From Schizosaccharomyces osmophilus (taxonomy: Eukaryota): 64,000 bases of DNA. Positions 35,302-44,995 of the stretch are shown here, piece by piece. Each line of letters starts with the position of its first letter. Positions within the stretch are counted from its first letter, which is position 1. The translations under genes were made by a program, and so were the position numbers. Under the pieces are notes generated by a model. It did not search any database. It was not told where the DNA came from and saw only the letters and a program-made list of their open reading frames with translations. The DNA lies in contig NC_079238.1 of NCBI RefSeq assembly GCF_027921745.1, positions 2,728,001-2,792,000 on the forward strand, written 5' to 3'.

Positions 35302-37761
35302 ATGGGTTCATCTACCGAAGGACATAGGAAGACCCAGGACGTTGCTGGTATAAATCAGGCAACTAACGACTACTCTGTGAATTGTTCCGGGAGTGATCGT
35401 ACTCCGCATTCGTCCCTATCAACAGAAGAAGTTACTCTTGTCCCTGGTAATGAAGGAGTAATGTTAAATCATGATGTTACTGGATCGGAGCCGATCAATT
35501 TCCCTTCAGCAGATTTCAGATTAAACAGTGCTGCTTCTACAACACCAGTAGCATCTCCTTCAGTTTCATTTCAAGGCTCTTCTGGAAACAGGACATCGCT
35601 TCCTATGGCTGTAACGCCTGTTGAAGATTCAGAGCATTTTACACAGGATCAAAATGCTGCTCCTTCTAGGCGACATCATCATAATAAACATCATCATAAC
35701 AAACATCATCATAATGAAAAGAAAAGGAAACAATGGAACAAGCGGGCCAAGCTTCCTCGTCCGCTTCCTGATACTGAAACATGTACGAATTGTGGTGATA
35801 CAAAAAAGCAGCCTTCTGGTAAACGAAACCACAAGCGTCAAGGAAGGAGGCCTGCTTCTCGTCATACTTCCGGCTTGACTGATTCCGGTACGTACCATCC
35901 GTCCTACTCTCGTCACCACCACCGGTATGCTTCATCTGGTCAGCCCAGTGTACAAGCTTCTTCTGAACCCTTGGGACAATTTTCCAGTAGTGATCATAGC
36001 TCTTCGGAATCTTTGTATTCCATCTCCTCAATGAGTATTAAGAACGACTCTAATTCGGATTCATTATCTTCGTCATCCTCCTCTACCGATTTGTCCTCAA
36101 ACGACCTCCCATTGCTTCCTGATGAAAATTTTTTAAGGCCTAATGCTGATATTCCTTCATCAGAAATATATCGAAGATCCAGTGCTACTAAGTCGTGCTC
36201 AGCCGCCATGGATGATTCTCAGAATATATCAACGGAGCTGAACACACAGTCTGATACAAACTTGGTAGATCAGCCTTCAAGGCCTTCCGTTAACTTTGCC
36301 CCGGCTACATATTTAGCAAAGGAAAATGAGTCTACTTCAGTGAAATCTGTTGCTTCTCAGAACCGGGATGCGAATTCTCATGTCGACTCAGAGTTGCCGA
36401 GAGACGTTGAAGAAGACGTCTGCTTTCCGATGCAAGAAGAATCACTCGCTTATAATGGCATAGATTTTGATGAGCTTGATAATTTTGCATCTGAGGAATT
36501 ACAGAAGAGAATGGCTGATATGGTGAATTGCCGATCTAGACAGTACAGCGTCAGCAAACCTTTCGAGCCGCATTGGAAGGATTTGAGTCCTCAAAGAGAT
36601 TCCACAGGAACCTCTTCGGAAGTACTATATGACGAGAAATTAGCTAATAAACCATTGAAAAGTTACATTTCTCCGAATAGGGAATCTATAGGATCAAAGG
36701 CTCAAAGTCCTCATAGGTTTAGCTTGTTTTCTTCAGGAGAGAATGAAACGATTCATGCTGCAGCTATTTCTGATTTGCTAGAAGACGAGGTCCATAGTTT
36801 CCGTTCTCTACTCTGCGCTGAGAAAGGCGTTTGGTGGTTAGATTGTTTGAATCCTACTGATAGTGAAATGAGAATGCTTTCAAAAGCGTTTTCGATCCAC
36901 CCGTTAACAACGGAGGATATTCGTGTTCAAGAAACAAGAGAAAAAGTTGAACTGTTTAGGTCGTATTACTTTGTATGTTTCAGGTCGTTTGAACAAGACC
37001 CTGAGGGAGAAGATTATTTGGAGCCGCTAAATATGTATATTATTGTGTTTCGCGAGGGCCTTATGACTTTTCACTTCAGTTCTACTACGCATCCTGCTTC
37101 TGTGAGGCGTCGTGCTCGTCAACTGAGAGATTATGTTGACGTGAGCTCAGACTGGCTTTGTTATGCATTAATTGATGACATTACAGATGCATTTGTCCCG
37201 TTAATTCGTGCAATTGAGACTGAGACGGAAGCCATTGAAGACTCCGTATTGGTGGGTCGACTGGATGAAAGCTGTGATATGCTTCGAAGAATAGGGGAAT
37301 GCCGAAAGAAAACAATGGGTATGTTCCGTTTGCTGTACGGCAAGGCAGATGTCATTAAGATGCTTGCAAAACGGTGTAATGAGAAATGGAATATGGCACC
37401 AACGGGTGAAATTGGGTTGTACTTGGGTGATATTCAAGATCATTTAATTACGATGACATCGAATCTTTCTCAATTTGAGAAAATTCTTTCACGTACACAC
37501 AGTAACTACTTAGCCCAGTTGACCTCAAATTCTATTGATGAAAACTCGAGAATGAACGGTGCTTTAACAAAAATCACATTACTTGGTACGGTACTGGTTC
37601 CCATGAACTTAATTACAGGATTGTTTGGAATGAACGTACCTATTCCAGGTCAATCAAGTGACACAAACTCTACGCTGGCTTGGTTCTTTGGAATCATTGG
37701 CGTCTTAATCGCTTTGATAGTGATTGGTTGGTTTGCTGCTCTTCGTTACAACGCCATTTAA
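35302..37761 (+). CDS. CorA-family (Alr1-like) magnesium transporter
   Basis: WWLDCLNPT, IHPLTTEDI, REKVELF, YLGDIQDH; two C-terminal TM helices with the FGMN signature. Confidence 0.93.
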   Translation: MGSSTEGHRKTQDVAGINQATNDYSVNCSGSDRTPHSSLSTEEVTLVPGNEGVMLNHDVTGSEPINFPSADFRLNSAASTTPVASPSVSFQGSSGNRTSLPMAVTPVEDSEHFTQDQNAAPSRRHHHNKHHHNKHHHNEKKRKQWNKRAKLPRPLPDTETCTNCGDTKKQPSGKRNHKRQGRRPASRHTSGLTDSGTYHPSYSRHHHRYASSGQPSVQASSEPLGQFSSSDHSSSESLYSISSMSIKNDSNSDSLSSSSSSTDLSSNDLPLLPDENFLRPNADIPSSEIYRRSSATKSCSAAMDDSQNISTELNTQSDTNLVDQPSRPSVNFAPATYLAKENESTSVKSVASQNRDANSHVDSELPRDVEEDVCFPMQEESLAYNGIDFDELDNFASEELQKRMADMVNCRSRQYSVSKPFEPHWKDLSPQRDSTGTSSEVLYDEKLANKPLKSYISPNRESIGSKAQSPHRFSLFSSGENETIHAAAISDLLEDEVHSFRSLLCAEKGVWWLDCLNPTDSEMRMLSKAFSIHPLTTEDIRVQETREKVELFRSYYFVCFRSFEQDPEGEDYLEPLNMYIIVFREGLMTFHFSSTTHPASVRRRARQLRDYVDVSSDWLCYALIDDITDAFVPLIRAIETETEAIEDSVLVGRLDESCDMLRRIGECRKKTMGMFRLLYGKADVIKMLAKRCNEKWNMAPTGEIGLYLGDIQDHLITMTSNLSQFEKILSRTHSNYLAQLTSNSIDENSRMNGALTKITLLGTVLVPMNLITGLFGMNVPIPGQSSDTNSTLAWFFGIIGVLIALIVIGWFAALRYNAI
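35674..35718 (+). repeat. 3 x 15-bp coding tandem repeat (HHHNK)
   Basis: CATCATCATAATAAA CATCATCATAACAAA CATCATCATAATGAA. Confidence 0.9.
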
Positions 37762-38221
37762 CCAAACTCTTCCAAAAACTGTGTAATGATTTGATATAAT
37801 CGAAAGACGTTTTACGGTGAGATTTATGAAGATTTGCACTATACATGAAGGGTAAAAAAAAAAAAACAAAAAAAAAACAAAAAGAGTATCGGTTTGGTTA
37901 AGGATATTGACGGGTTTGTTTTTCGTTTGAATTGAATAGCCTTTTCCAAATATTTGTATATGTTAGGAAGAATCTACAGAAGAAGCTATATTGTTTAGTG
38001 TCGTGAATTGGGCTGAAAAAAATAGACGTTTACATAGCAAGCTGTTTTAATAAAACCATACACATGATAACAATACGTATATTTTCAAGCTAGGAGTTGG
38101 CCTTTGGGACCTTTCTCAAACAATATTCAAATAGAACAACGATGATTACATATAAATGGGAAATAACGTCGGGACGAATGAGGAGGGTGTATAGCACAAT
38201 CAATGACTACAAAATTAATCC

Positions 38222-38619
38222 TTATTTTGAAATGTCTCTTGGGTTGCGTCGGGCTTCCTCAATCATTTGGAGTACACCTTCGACGGACTAATGTGATGTT
38301 AGACATGTGAGGATGTAGGATGGTGTAAGATAAGAAATTTTTTAAATTTTTTTTTTTTCGATTCCGGTACATACGTTTCGATCATTTTTCCGTTTCTCAT
38401 AGTCAGCACGAAGCTCTGGCGACAAGGAATCGATCACATGTTGAGGAGAAGGAGCAGTAATTTTCATTGTAGCATAACCAAAACCAACGATCCCTGTTAC
38501 AAAAAAAAAAGGCATGTTAATAGCTAATGAAAATGGCAGCTTGAGAAAGACATGGTCTTTTGTACTTTTTAATTCAACATACCAGCGCCGTACATAAGGC
38601 TTTTGACGATTCTATTCAT
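38222..38619 (-). CDS. cbp4: Cytochrome bc1 assembly factor Cbp4-like; exons 38583-38619, 38375-38493, 38222-38287
   Basis: Not in ORF track; two GTATGT..AG introns give MNRIVKSLMYGAGIVGFGYATMKITAPSPQHVIDSLSPELRADYEKRK... Confidence 0.85.
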
Positions 38620-39875
38620 TTTGAGTATTGAGCTTGCAGGAAGTACAGTTTCTTTCTTTGAAAAGACTCAAACTCGATGTCTCCAAAAGATAAATCTTTT
38701 ATGAATTGGATACGTTTTCACCAACGTAGCTGCCACAAACGATGGATGGCATCTTTACGTTTCGCTATTTGATTGTTTCGTTGACTAGGTTGTGCGTATA
38801 GAGAAATGGCTTTTAGAGTCACTAGTATTGAGAAGAAACATATAAAAAGATGAAATTAAAGTAAAAGAAGTGATTCTTTCACAAAACAAAGCGACGATGC
38901 TCGAACCTTCATGTCCATTGAAGTCTTATAGTGGAAGGCGTTGAAGAATCAAAGCAACTGAAACCCACTGTAAGAGAGAAAAAGAAAAAGAACAAGGAAA
39001 CAAGATGAAACTATTGAATCGTGCGTTTTCCTTCAACCACCTACCACTTGTGTTCCTTTTGCCTGTTACCAACATATGGTACTCCTCTTTAATATGATAT
39101 ATAATGTTTTGAAGGAACCGGTTGGGAGAGGCTTACATGAACCTTTTGGGAATTCTTTTCTTTGTATTTTCTCGCAAATTGCAATGAGTTTTATATCTTT
39201 CTGTACCTTGTTTTGTTTTTCTAGTGAACTCTGCACAAGCGTCATATTGTGGAGTACCCCACAATGATCAGCGGTGAAGGACAAATCGTATTCTAGGTAC
39301 TAGCATACGGCAGTTTAACGCAATACGGTCCATATGCTTATATCAATTTAGCTTGCCACGCTGATATCAGATGAAGTTTTCACCATTAACACTCCATCAG
39401 TTTTGAGTACAACTGGCGTGTCTTTGACTTACCAGCGACGATTTTCTTCTTCATCTTTCTTGGGAGAGTCGGCTGGATTATTAAGAATCCTTTCGGTTTT
39501 AAAACCCCTATAGTTTCTGGCTAGTCCCATTACTCAAAGTGCGAAGTCTTATCTAAAGGAAAATTTTTATTTACTAGTCATTACTAGTTAAAAGTGGTGT
39601 ATATTAATCTCTGAAAAAATCCCCGTGATCTTTGTGCTTTGGGTTTAGTTTTCTTTGATTTCTTTGAATCAAGGGTGGTCGTGCTTTATGCTTCATAAAG
39701 GGGTTTGAACAGAAAAGCCGGAAAGAAAACGCGCTATTGATTTGGAGGTTTGACTCTTCAACACCATTTCTTGGAGGTTTCTCTAATTTTCGTCAATCTT
39801 TTCTAGATCCCTTTCCTATCTTGTTTCACATCTTTTCCCAATTTTTTTCCTACTTTCAATTACCCTTTGTTTTGT

Positions 39876-41915
39876 ATGGAAAATAACTCTTACCCCGACA
39901 AGTTCCGTTTTCTGGAATCCCAGAATTCCCCAGAAAGGTCCGATCCACTTCACAACCCCTTAGGCAGGAATGATTTTGACGAACAGTTTTACTGGGTGAA
40001 CCAACATATGAGGCACCTTTGGAGTCATTCCAACCCTCCTACGTCTGCCTCTGGCACAACATCAACAACCGATACACCCTATGGTACTTTCCAACACTCT
40101 TTTCATCCATTAAATCATACCATTAGCAATGATTCTATTGCTAAGAACCCAGTGTCTCCACATCTCAATCATTTACCTCATCGTGCAGGCATCCTTGGAA
40201 GCATACCTACCTCTGAGCCTCAACGTTTGTCAGGTATAGCCTCAGTACATCAAACAAACGACCATTCTATGAATACCCTCGATCCATTAACTTACATGGA
40301 GGGTCCATCTTTTGCTCAAAATAATATACATGTAGAACATTCCAATCACCCGTCGATGTTCCCTTGTCCGCCGTCGGCGAACAATATAATGAACGAGCCT
40401 CTAGAAAATGTTAATTCAGTTCCACCGTTTGAACAGCCAATGGATCAGTCGTTGTTACGAGATGGTACTCCATTATACCGTGTTTGCTCCGCTCCTGACC
40501 CGCCTACAGTTTCGAAGAAACCATCAGTGAAGTCTTCAAGCATCGAAAATCAATCTTCTTCGACATCCAACGCTTCTCCCGAGTTTCGAAGCTCAAAAAC
40601 TTCTTCCGCTTCTTCAAATATGGGTGCGTTTGAAAAAGTTAAAGAAAAGTTGGGTGAAGTCAAGAAAAAGCGTCAGCAAACAAAGCACGCGTGTGCAAAA
40701 TGCCAACGTGACAACAAAAAATGCGACGAATCCCGCCCTTGTATACGTTGCCGAAAAACAGAATGTGAAGATCAATGTATAGACATCCCTCGCAAAAAGC
40801 GTCCGGTGGGGATGAAACGAGGCCCTTACAAAAAAGGAAGCAACTTAACTGCTTCTACACGACGCTCTGATCAAGAAAGGTTTGCTTTATCACAGAAAAA
40901 AAAGTCTAATAGAATGGAAGACCCATTAGTCATTAAACCTTCTGAGAAAATTCCGAGCAACAACGAGTCATCTTTGGCAAATACTTCACAAGACGTTCCT
41001 TTCCTTGAGTCCAACGAAGAAAGCGATTGGCCAAGATCCAGAGTACGTAGCTATACAAATCCTGTTGGAAGTGCTGAAAGTATGCACTACAATTTACCTG
41101 AGGCTCTTCCGCTATATCCGCAAGATTCTCCGTCTATTACTGAATCCAGTCCTTCGAAAATGGAAGTTGAGTACCCTGAACTTTCGATCCCTCCGGATTT
41201 CTCAGCCTATACGATGCATACTTTCCCACCTCAACCTGTGAATCCAACGGTTCCCAGACCCGATGAATATGTGGCTCCTCCATGGCCAGTTCATGACCCT
41301 TCCATTGTTCCACCTCATTTGGTGCCTCAAGTAGAATATGAACATCCCCCTGAAGTAAAAATGGAAGACGAAAACCAATCGGTTAGGGAGAGCTCACAAA
41401 CTGGCAATGATCCGATGCATCCTTCCTACCACCACATGAGTTACGGGACAAGCCATATCCCAGAAGCCGAGCCATATGCCAACACCCATTCTATGTTTGA
41501 TGGAATGAACCATCTGGACCATGCTGTTTCAAATGACTCGAGCTATTCGCCTCATGATACAAATTTCACTTCGCCATTTAAATCGGAAGAACAGACTGCA
41601 TTACCCGAAACACATTATCCTTTTCTCCGTGGAAGAATACATTCCTTTTCCATTGCTGCTGATTCACCTCATCATCTCGTAGAGCGTCCTTGCCTTCATT
41701 GCCTTGGTGTGACCGATAATCCCGATGAACATGCGAATTTGGCGGATCTTCGTGACAGGCAACAGCGCGAATTGGAATTTACTTCTATGTTGTTGTTTCA
41801 TGATCACCCTTCATATCACGCTAGACCCGACTTGAATTTCCACGAAGTCCTGCATCCTGAACAATTTGCATACCGGAATCTCCATCATGATCATGGCGAC
41901 AATTGTGATTATTAA
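39876..41915 (+). CDS. pho7: Zn(II)2Cys6 transcription factor, phosphate-starvation regulator
   Basis: Central HACAKCQRDNKKCDESRPCIRCRKTECEDQCID..RKKRP.G.KRGPYKK domain typical of Pho7; recalled synteny. Confidence 0.88.
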   Translation: MENNSYPDKFRFLESQNSPERSDPLHNPLGRNDFDEQFYWVNQHMRHLWSHSNPPTSASGTTSTTDTPYGTFQHSFHPLNHTISNDSIAKNPVSPHLNHLPHRAGILGSIPTSEPQRLSGIASVHQTNDHSMNTLDPLTYMEGPSFAQNNIHVEHSNHPSMFPCPPSANNIMNEPLENVNSVPPFEQPMDQSLLRDGTPLYRVCSAPDPPTVSKKPSVKSSSIENQSSSTSNASPEFRSSKTSSASSNMGAFEKVKEKLGEVKKKRQQTKHACAKCQRDNKKCDESRPCIRCRKTECEDQCIDIPRKKRPVGMKRGPYKKGSNLTASTRRSDQERFALSQKKKSNRMEDPLVIKPSEKIPSNNESSLANTSQDVPFLESNEESDWPRSRVRSYTNPVGSAESMHYNLPEALPLYPQDSPSITESSPSKMEVEYPELSIPPDFSAYTMHTFPPQPVNPTVPRPDEYVAPPWPVHDPSIVPPHLVPQVEYEHPPEVKMEDENQSVRESSQTGNDPMHPSYHHMSYGTSHIPEAEPYANTHSMFDGMNHLDHAVSNDSSYSPHDTNFTSPFKSEEQTALPETHYPFLRGRIHSFSIAADSPHHLVERPCLHCLGVTDNPDEHANLADLRDRQQRELEFTSMLLFHDHPSYHARPDLNFHEVLHPEQFAYRNLHHDHGDNCDY

Positions 41916-42544
41916 CACTCCCACTAATACTTTATAATAATTCATCCTAGATGCCCTTGCTTTTTTGAACCTATTGCTTCTTGAAAACTGTTTTTTCTTT
42001 GCTCGCAAAATTGGGCTTACTTGTATAAGCTCTTATTGAATGTTGCATTCAACGTTTCTGACTTACACATCCTTTGCTTTTGCTTGGGTTGTAACATTGT
42101 ATAAATCATACTATACATTTCACGAATTACTGAATGTATCTGCATGTATTAGGAAAGTGTATGGTTTGAAGCATCTTAATTCCCTCGTTTAATTGAATTG
42201 GAGACTGTTAATTTATTTTATCTTTTTTATTATTTTCTCAATACTTACATATTTTATATATACATTTTTATGATTGCATTACATGACTTGCTTCCCTTGA
42301 GTTGTAAAATTTTCTTTTAAGTGTGTCTTTCGTTTGGAGTTTTTGTGTCCTATATTTTAAATAAAATTATATTTAATGTACATTTTGGTGTGGTAAAAAG
42401 GAATCCTACTCTCGATATCTGATATATTTTCATTCCTTTCGTTAGTAAATTCTGATCAACTCTGAGTTTGCTCCGGAAATGTTATGGTGTTCTCTGTCTT
42501 TCCACCATTCTTTTGACTACTGCAACATCTTATTATCTTACCTT

Positions 42545-42587
42545 TATATATATATATATATCATTCTTTTTTTTTTTTTTTTTTTTT
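42545..42587 (+). repeat. (TA)8 microsatellite followed by poly(dT)21
   Basis: Directly visible upstream of tom7. Confidence 0.9.
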
Positions 42588-42746
42588 CTTTCATTTTACC
42601 AAGCGATCATTTGGTGTTTTATTTTAACAAAATAGTACGCGGTTCGAAAAATAGAACAATGAGATTTACTGATGGCTAAAATATGAGTATCTGTATCCTT
42701 GGAACTTTCACCATTCGGGGAAACCTGTCTTTCACGAATTACCAAA

Positions 42747-42964
42747 ATGCAACTGACAGAAGAATCAAAGGTAGGTAATTCTGTCTTGTAACATAAGCAT
42801 ATGGAAAGGAAGCATCTAACAGAAAATAGGAACGTCTCATCAAGGTGTTTAACGTCGGCAAAACCGTTACTCATTACGGTTGGATTCCCTTCATCCTCTG
42901 GTTAGGATACACCCAAAGTTCTCCCAAGCCTCAATTAATGCGTGTTATTAACCCTTTGGCTTAA
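42747..42964 (+). CDS. tom7: TOM complex small subunit Tom7; intron 42771-42829
   Basis: Not in ORF track; MQLTEESK|ERLIKVFNVGKTVTHYGWIPFILWLGY...INPLA, 52 aa. Confidence 0.95.
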
Positions 42965-44053
42965 GGATGGAAAAGGCCGTTGAATGCCTTCAATGTTTTG
43001 TATGCTGAAGCAGAAAAATTCAGTCATCGTTTGAAAGTAATGTATAGTCATTTTGATTTCAAATGAGATGTTATTCTACTTTTCATTCTAGTTCTTTTTG
43101 GCTGAGCACGATGGGGCTTTTAGTATCAAAGTGAGTGCTTGTTCCATATGAAATGATTCCAGCATGTTGACAATGACACTTAAACAAAGAGCTATAAAGT
43201 TTACACAGACCATTCAACAAATTCAACTAGTGTGATATGTCTTATCGTGACTGAAACTATCGAAACTAGTTCTATCACTATTTTTTGAAACGAACCGAAT
43301 TGAAGGTCAAGACTACAGTTTTAAACGCCGTGATCATAAGCGCCGAGATTCTCTTTTAATTCCTTGCACCATTTAAACCATTTTCACTACTAAAAGAACA
43401 CCACCTAAGCTTCTGAAAAAATTCATTTCATGCACTGTTGAAAAAGCTTCGTAATCAAATTGAAAGGGGCGGGCGCACATAGGAGTAAGCCGGCTGGTAA
43501 AATACAGATTAGAGGTGGAAAGTACTTAAGCAGCTTTAGTTTTTTCCCTATACTCATATTAATCTTCTAAAAATCCATCTTACTATTTTTTCCTAGTTCC
43601 TCACTTATATTTATTCTACTGCCTTTGGGATGCTTTAGTGTTACTTTTGAGTGTAACATTCTCATACCCAAGGTAGGTCAGGTAGTTCGTGTCGTAAACA
43701 ACAACATCCTGTCACCAGGATAAAATACCAAGAAGACACACTCAATATTGTTGTTACTGTAGTATTTCCATTAATTTTCCACAGGGTTGTTTTCCAGCAA
43801 TCGAATGGAACGCTGAAAGAATTCAACAGAACATTGGTGGATTACCAAAAGGTCAAATTTAAATATTCGTGTTCCATTAGTTAGGAATAAGGAAAGCTAA
43901 AAATTTGCAAAACTATTCGGCGGCACCAATCCCTTTGTTGCGGTTTAGTTTTCATTTTGTTGTTTTGTTTTATTTCTAGGGACCTCCCATATTTGAGAAG
44001 TATATGTATACTACATTACCCACCTATTTGTATATTTAAACACAGCATTGGTA

Positions 44054-44878
44054 ATGGACCAGGCCATTGCCGGCCTTTCAGCTGGCATTTGTTCAACGTT
44101 GGTCATGCATCCTTTAGACTTGGCAAAGGTTCAAATGCAAGCATCTTCAAATCCAAAGGGTATTTCTTTACTTCATGTTTTACGAGATAATTTAAAATAC
44201 ACGGGCTCTATTCGTTCTCTTTATCATGGACTAGGTGTTAACACGCTTGGCTCGGCTATAAGTTGGGGTACGTACTTTTATGTGTATGGTTTTACAAAAA
44301 GTTTATTCTTGGGTGCGCCGTCCTCGGAGCCTATTCCAATCACAGCTATGCAGACATTAATAAGTTCAGCATTCGCGGGATGCATCGTGGCAGCTCTTAC
44401 AAACCCAATGTGGGTAGTAAAGTCACGAATTTTATCAAGAACTGCGGATCAAAGCAATCCTTTTTATGTTCTCTACCAGCTTTTGAGAAAAGAGGGAGTG
44501 AGAGGATGTTATGCTGGTTTTACACCCTCTCTTTTAGGCGTTTCACAAGGTGCCTTGCAGTTTATGGCTTACGAAAAACTCAAAATTTGGCATAAGGGAC
44601 AACCATCGAATGTAGACTATTTAATCATATCTGCTGCATCCAAGGTATTCGCTGCCATTAACATGTATCCACTCCTTGTTGTTCGCACTCGTTTGCAGGT
44701 GTTTCATCCAGGACTATCAACTCTTGATATGTTCAAAACTATATGGAATGTGGAAGGCCCCTTGGCTTTTTATAAGGGGTTTCAACCTCATTTATTGAGA
44801 GTTATCCCTCAAACCTGCATTACATTCTTAGTGTATGAGCAAGTAGGTTCACATTTCAAATCCCGGGCATCTCTTTGA
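44054..44878 (+). CDS. flx1: Mitochondrial carrier, FAD/folate (Flx1/SLC25A32-like)
   Basis: Three carrier repeats (PLDLAK, PMWVVK, PLLVVR) plus SWGTYF and GALQFMAYE motifs. Confidence 0.85.
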   Translation: MDQAIAGLSAGICSTLVMHPLDLAKVQMQASSNPKGISLLHVLRDNLKYTGSIRSLYHGLGVNTLGSAISWGTYFYVYGFTKSLFLGAPSSEPIPITAMQTLISSAFAGCIVAALTNPMWVVKSRILSRTADQSNPFYVLYQLLRKEGVRGCYAGFTPSLLGVSQGALQFMAYEKLKIWHKGQPSNVDYLIISAASKVFAAINMYPLLVVRTRLQVFHPGLSTLDMFKTIWNVEGPLAFYKGFQPHLLRVIPQTCITFLVYEQVGSHFKSRASL

Positions 44879-44995
44879 GTCAAAAACCTTACAATTTTGT
44901 CAACTAATTTTTGTATTAATGAAAAACCCCCTTCTGTCTCACAAATATAGAAAAATCAGTCATGTGTTGTCTGTCTTTATAATTCATTAAAATAT

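Noticed and set aside
37854..37883. A-rich tract after the CorA gene as a retro-insertion tail
   Set aside because: No target-site duplication or processed-gene body; homopolymer tracts are common in this genome
42965..44050. 1.1-kb tom7-flx1 gap checked for a solo LTR or ncRNA
   Set aside because: No TG..CA-bounded LTR with target-site duplication, and no snoRNA or tRNA boxes recognised
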